From: an uncultured Gammaproteobacteria bacterium
Lineage (GTDB): Bacteria > Pseudomonadota > Gammaproteobacteria > UBA9214
Direction of reading: 5' to 3'
Assembly (NCBI GenBank): GCA_963748215.1
Contig: CAVVHS010000006.1
Span: forward strand, 800,001 to 864,000
DNA length: 64,000 nucleotides
Position numbers and translations under genes: made by a program. Below the pieces are notes generated by a model. It was given only the letters and a program-made list of their open reading frames with translations, was not told where the DNA came from and searched no databases. This document shows positions 59,427-64,000 of this stretch, piece after piece (the stretch's first letter is position 1; each line of letters opens with the position of its first letter).

Positions 59427-61460
59427 ATGCACAGGACGATACAACCGCATATGAGCACATTAAAGAAATACCTGGAATCCATTCGGCAATACTCGCTCCC
59501 GAAAACGCGGGCTTTGCAACATGAACTGGAAGCGACTCGCGAGGCGCATGCCGCCATCACTGCTGAGCATGAAAAAGCGCGAGAAAACCTGCAGCTTGCC
59601 ATTGTAACTGATGCACAACTGCTTGCCGACTTGCGGCAGCAGGTAAAACAGATCGAATCAGAACGCAGCAATGCAGTTGAGCGGGTCGAGAATCTGCAAC
59701 GCTCACTCGTCGATGCAGAACAAAACCTGAAGTCCACCGAGGAACAAAAGGCGGCTCTGGAGGCGAAGCTCGAACAGGAACGCGACAACGCACTTAAGCA
59801 GGTAGAGTCTCTGCAACACTCACTCGCCGATGCAGAACAAAACCGGAAGTCCACCGAGGAACACAAGGCGGCACTGGAGGCGAAGCTCGAAGAGGAACGT
59901 GACAACGCACGTAAGCAGGTAGAGTCTCTACAACACTCACTCGCCGATGCAGAACAAAACCGGAAGTCCACCGAGGAACACATGGCGGCACTGAAGGCGA
60001 AGCTCGAACAGGAACGCGACAACGCACGTAAGCAGGTAGAGTCTCTGCAGCACTCACTCGCCGATGCAGAACAAAACCGGAAGTCCACCGAGGAACACAA
60101 GGCGGCACTGGAGGCTAAACTCGAAGCGGAACGTAGCCGGCATGAAGAAAGCATCCGCGCAACGGAATCCCGTCAGCTGCAACTACAGGCCGAACAGCAA
60201 TCCCGGTTAAAGCAGCAAACAGAACTGGCCAACAGCTTGCACGATGTGAACACACGCCTGTTAGAGTCGTTACAGGAAAGGAACAAGAAACAACGCTACT
60301 CACTGTTGCTACTTATCATCATAGCAGCTGCATTGTTTGCATCAGGCACCCTGATCGGGATGCTATTCCTGCAGCCCACGCAGGACAGCAACCAGGAGCT
60401 TGCCCTGGTAGAGCGGAATATCGATGATATGCGCAGCTTCACGAAACAGCATATCGATAACCAGGATGCGCTGCTGAAGGAGCTTGCGCTGAATCTCAAC
60501 AAGCAAGCTTCCGCTGAACAGGTATTGCTCGGGGAAAAACTGCAGCAGCTTGAGGAGATAACGCAAGCGACAGACACACCTCAGCCGGAGGCCGTAATAA
60601 CCTTCACACCGGATATCCGCGAGCTGCAGGCCAACCTGATGGCACTGGGCTTTGATTTGGGCATGTCGCAGCCGAACGGTGAGCCGGGCATCAAGACGCG
60701 GCAGGCGTTGCAGGAGTTCAGGCAGTTTTACCTGCCGCAGAGTGATGCACAGGATGACCTCATCAGTGAAGCGCTGGCGGCCCTGATCCTGAACTCGGCC
60801 GACCGTACCAGGGCCGATGCGGCGCGTTTCAGGATTGGCAGTGATGTGCTTGCCGCGATTCGGCTCGGCAGTATTCGCACTGGCGTGGACTTTTCATTCC
60901 TGATGGAGCTGGCCAGGGTCGAGAGTTACTTCAATCCGGCAGCGCGCGCACCGAAGTCTTCGGCAACCGGTTTGTTTCAGTTCAAGTCCCGTGACTGGCT
61001 GCAGGCGATGCGGACGTTTGGTGCCAGTTATGGCCTGCAGGACTACGCCACACAGGTCGCACTGATCGACGATGAGGACAACGTGCAGCAGCCGATTATG
61101 TACGACCCGCTGCAACAGGAAGCATTGGCGCTGCGTCTCAATCCGCGCTTGTCCACCCTGTTTGCCGCGGAGAACATCAAGCACAATTTGCAGGCGCTGT
61201 CAGAGATGATCGGGCGTGAACCCGGACGGACCGATCTCTACCTGTCCCATTTTCTCGGCACGGCCGATGCGGCAATGTTTCTCAAGGCGCTTGCTGAGGA
61301 ACCGACCGCAATTGCCGCTGAATTATTCCCGGAAGCAGCTGCAAAAAACCCGGGAGTCTTTCAGAACCGGCAGAACCAGCCACGCACCGTGGCCGGTGTA
61401 TACCAGTGGTTTGACCGCAAGTTCAATACCGCACGCTACGACGATCGCAATCCGGGCTGA
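59427..61460 (+). CDS. Coiled-coil + TM + peptidoglycan-binding + SLT-like lytic transglycosylase protein
   Basis: 39-aa repeats; TM YSLLLLIIIAAALF; IRELQANLMALGF...G.KTRQALQEF (PG-binding); LARVESYFNP.A.A..SSATGLFQF (SLT). Confidence 0.82.
   Translation: MHRTIQPHMSTLKKYLESIRQYSLPKTRALQHELEATREAHAAITAEHEKARENLQLAIVTDAQLLADLRQQVKQIESERSNAVERVENLQRSLVDAEQNLKSTEEQKAALEAKLEQERDNALKQVESLQHSLADAEQNRKSTEEHKAALEAKLEEERDNARKQVESLQHSLADAEQNRKSTEEHMAALKAKLEQERDNARKQVESLQHSLADAEQNRKSTEEHKAALEAKLEAERSRHEESIRATESRQLQLQAEQQSRLKQQTELANSLHDVNTRLLESLQERNKKQRYSLLLLIIIAAALFASGTLIGMLFLQPTQDSNQELALVERNIDDMRSFTKQHIDNQDALLKELALNLNKQASAEQVLLGEKLQQLEEITQATDTPQPEAVITFTPDIRELQANLMALGFDLGMSQPNGEPGIKTRQALQEFRQFYLPQSDAQDDLISEALAALILNSADRTRADAARFRIGSDVLAAIRLGSIRTGVDFSFLMELARVESYFNPAARAPKSSATGLFQFKSRDWLQAMRTFGASYGLQDYATQVALIDDEDNVQQPIMYDPLQQEALALRLNPRLSTLFAAENIKHNLQALSEMIGREPGRTDLYLSHFLGTADAAMFLKALAEEPTAIAAELFPEAAAKNPGVFQNRQNQPRTVAGVYQWFDRKFNTARYDDRNPG
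59685..60130 (+). repeat. 117-bp coding tandem repeat, about 4 copies
   Basis: gtagagtctct at 59802, 59919 and 60036. Confidence 0.9.
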
Positions 61461-61822
61461 CCCCGCGCCTGGCAATTAAGGGTTGCGACGGAGAACAACA
61501 AGCGCAAATTGCCGGCGCTATCAGAGATGATCTGATGTGAATACGGACGAATCGTATCCCAGATCATCTTGGGGTGGTGACCCTCCCTGTACCGGCTGAA
61601 TTACATCATGAATACGGCCTGTTGCCGAAGACGGTATGAGTATATGCTGACCACAACGGGCACCCACTCTTTCCTGACACATCAGCAGCACCACCGCCGG
61701 GTCCTGTAATGCATTTTCGGCACCATTCCTCCCGTTCTCACTAGCTGCGCGAGTAAAAAGTTTCCATAAATTATGGTGCAGGCTAAAACTGCATATAGCC
61801 ACCATTCGTATCACGGCCTTAA

Positions 61823-64000
<2,178 letters not shown>

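Overview
GC-rich, probably gammaproteobacterial accessory region that reads as a tandem array of modules separated by four att-like junctions. Each junction is a 3' fragment of tRNA-Arg(ACG) on the minus strand (7087, 36610, 47969, 58833) with a small hairpin element inserted in its T-loop. Modules: (1) 1-6.8 kb, surface proteins (TIGR03790-like/Calx-beta/PAPVTD-repeat/SPOR protein, PEP-CTERM-type protein) and a methyltransferase; (2) 7.9-36.3 kb, ABC-exported capsule locus with type I PKS (WcbR/RkpA-like), AONS-family enzyme, kpsD/M/T/E/F/S and several AT-rich glycosyltransferases; (3) 36.8-47.7 kb, extra glycosyltransferases; five same-orientation IS91/ISCR remnants alternate with sugar genes across modules 2-3; (4) 48-58.8 kb, stress island with two convergent Crp/Fnr genes and many small genes sharing a TGTACG-N4-CGTACA palindrome at class-II (-41.5) spacing; (5) 59.4-64 kb, coiled-coil/SLT protein and partial CusA/CzcA. 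All family calls come from motif recognition by eye, with no database searches. Several frameshifts could be sequencing errors.
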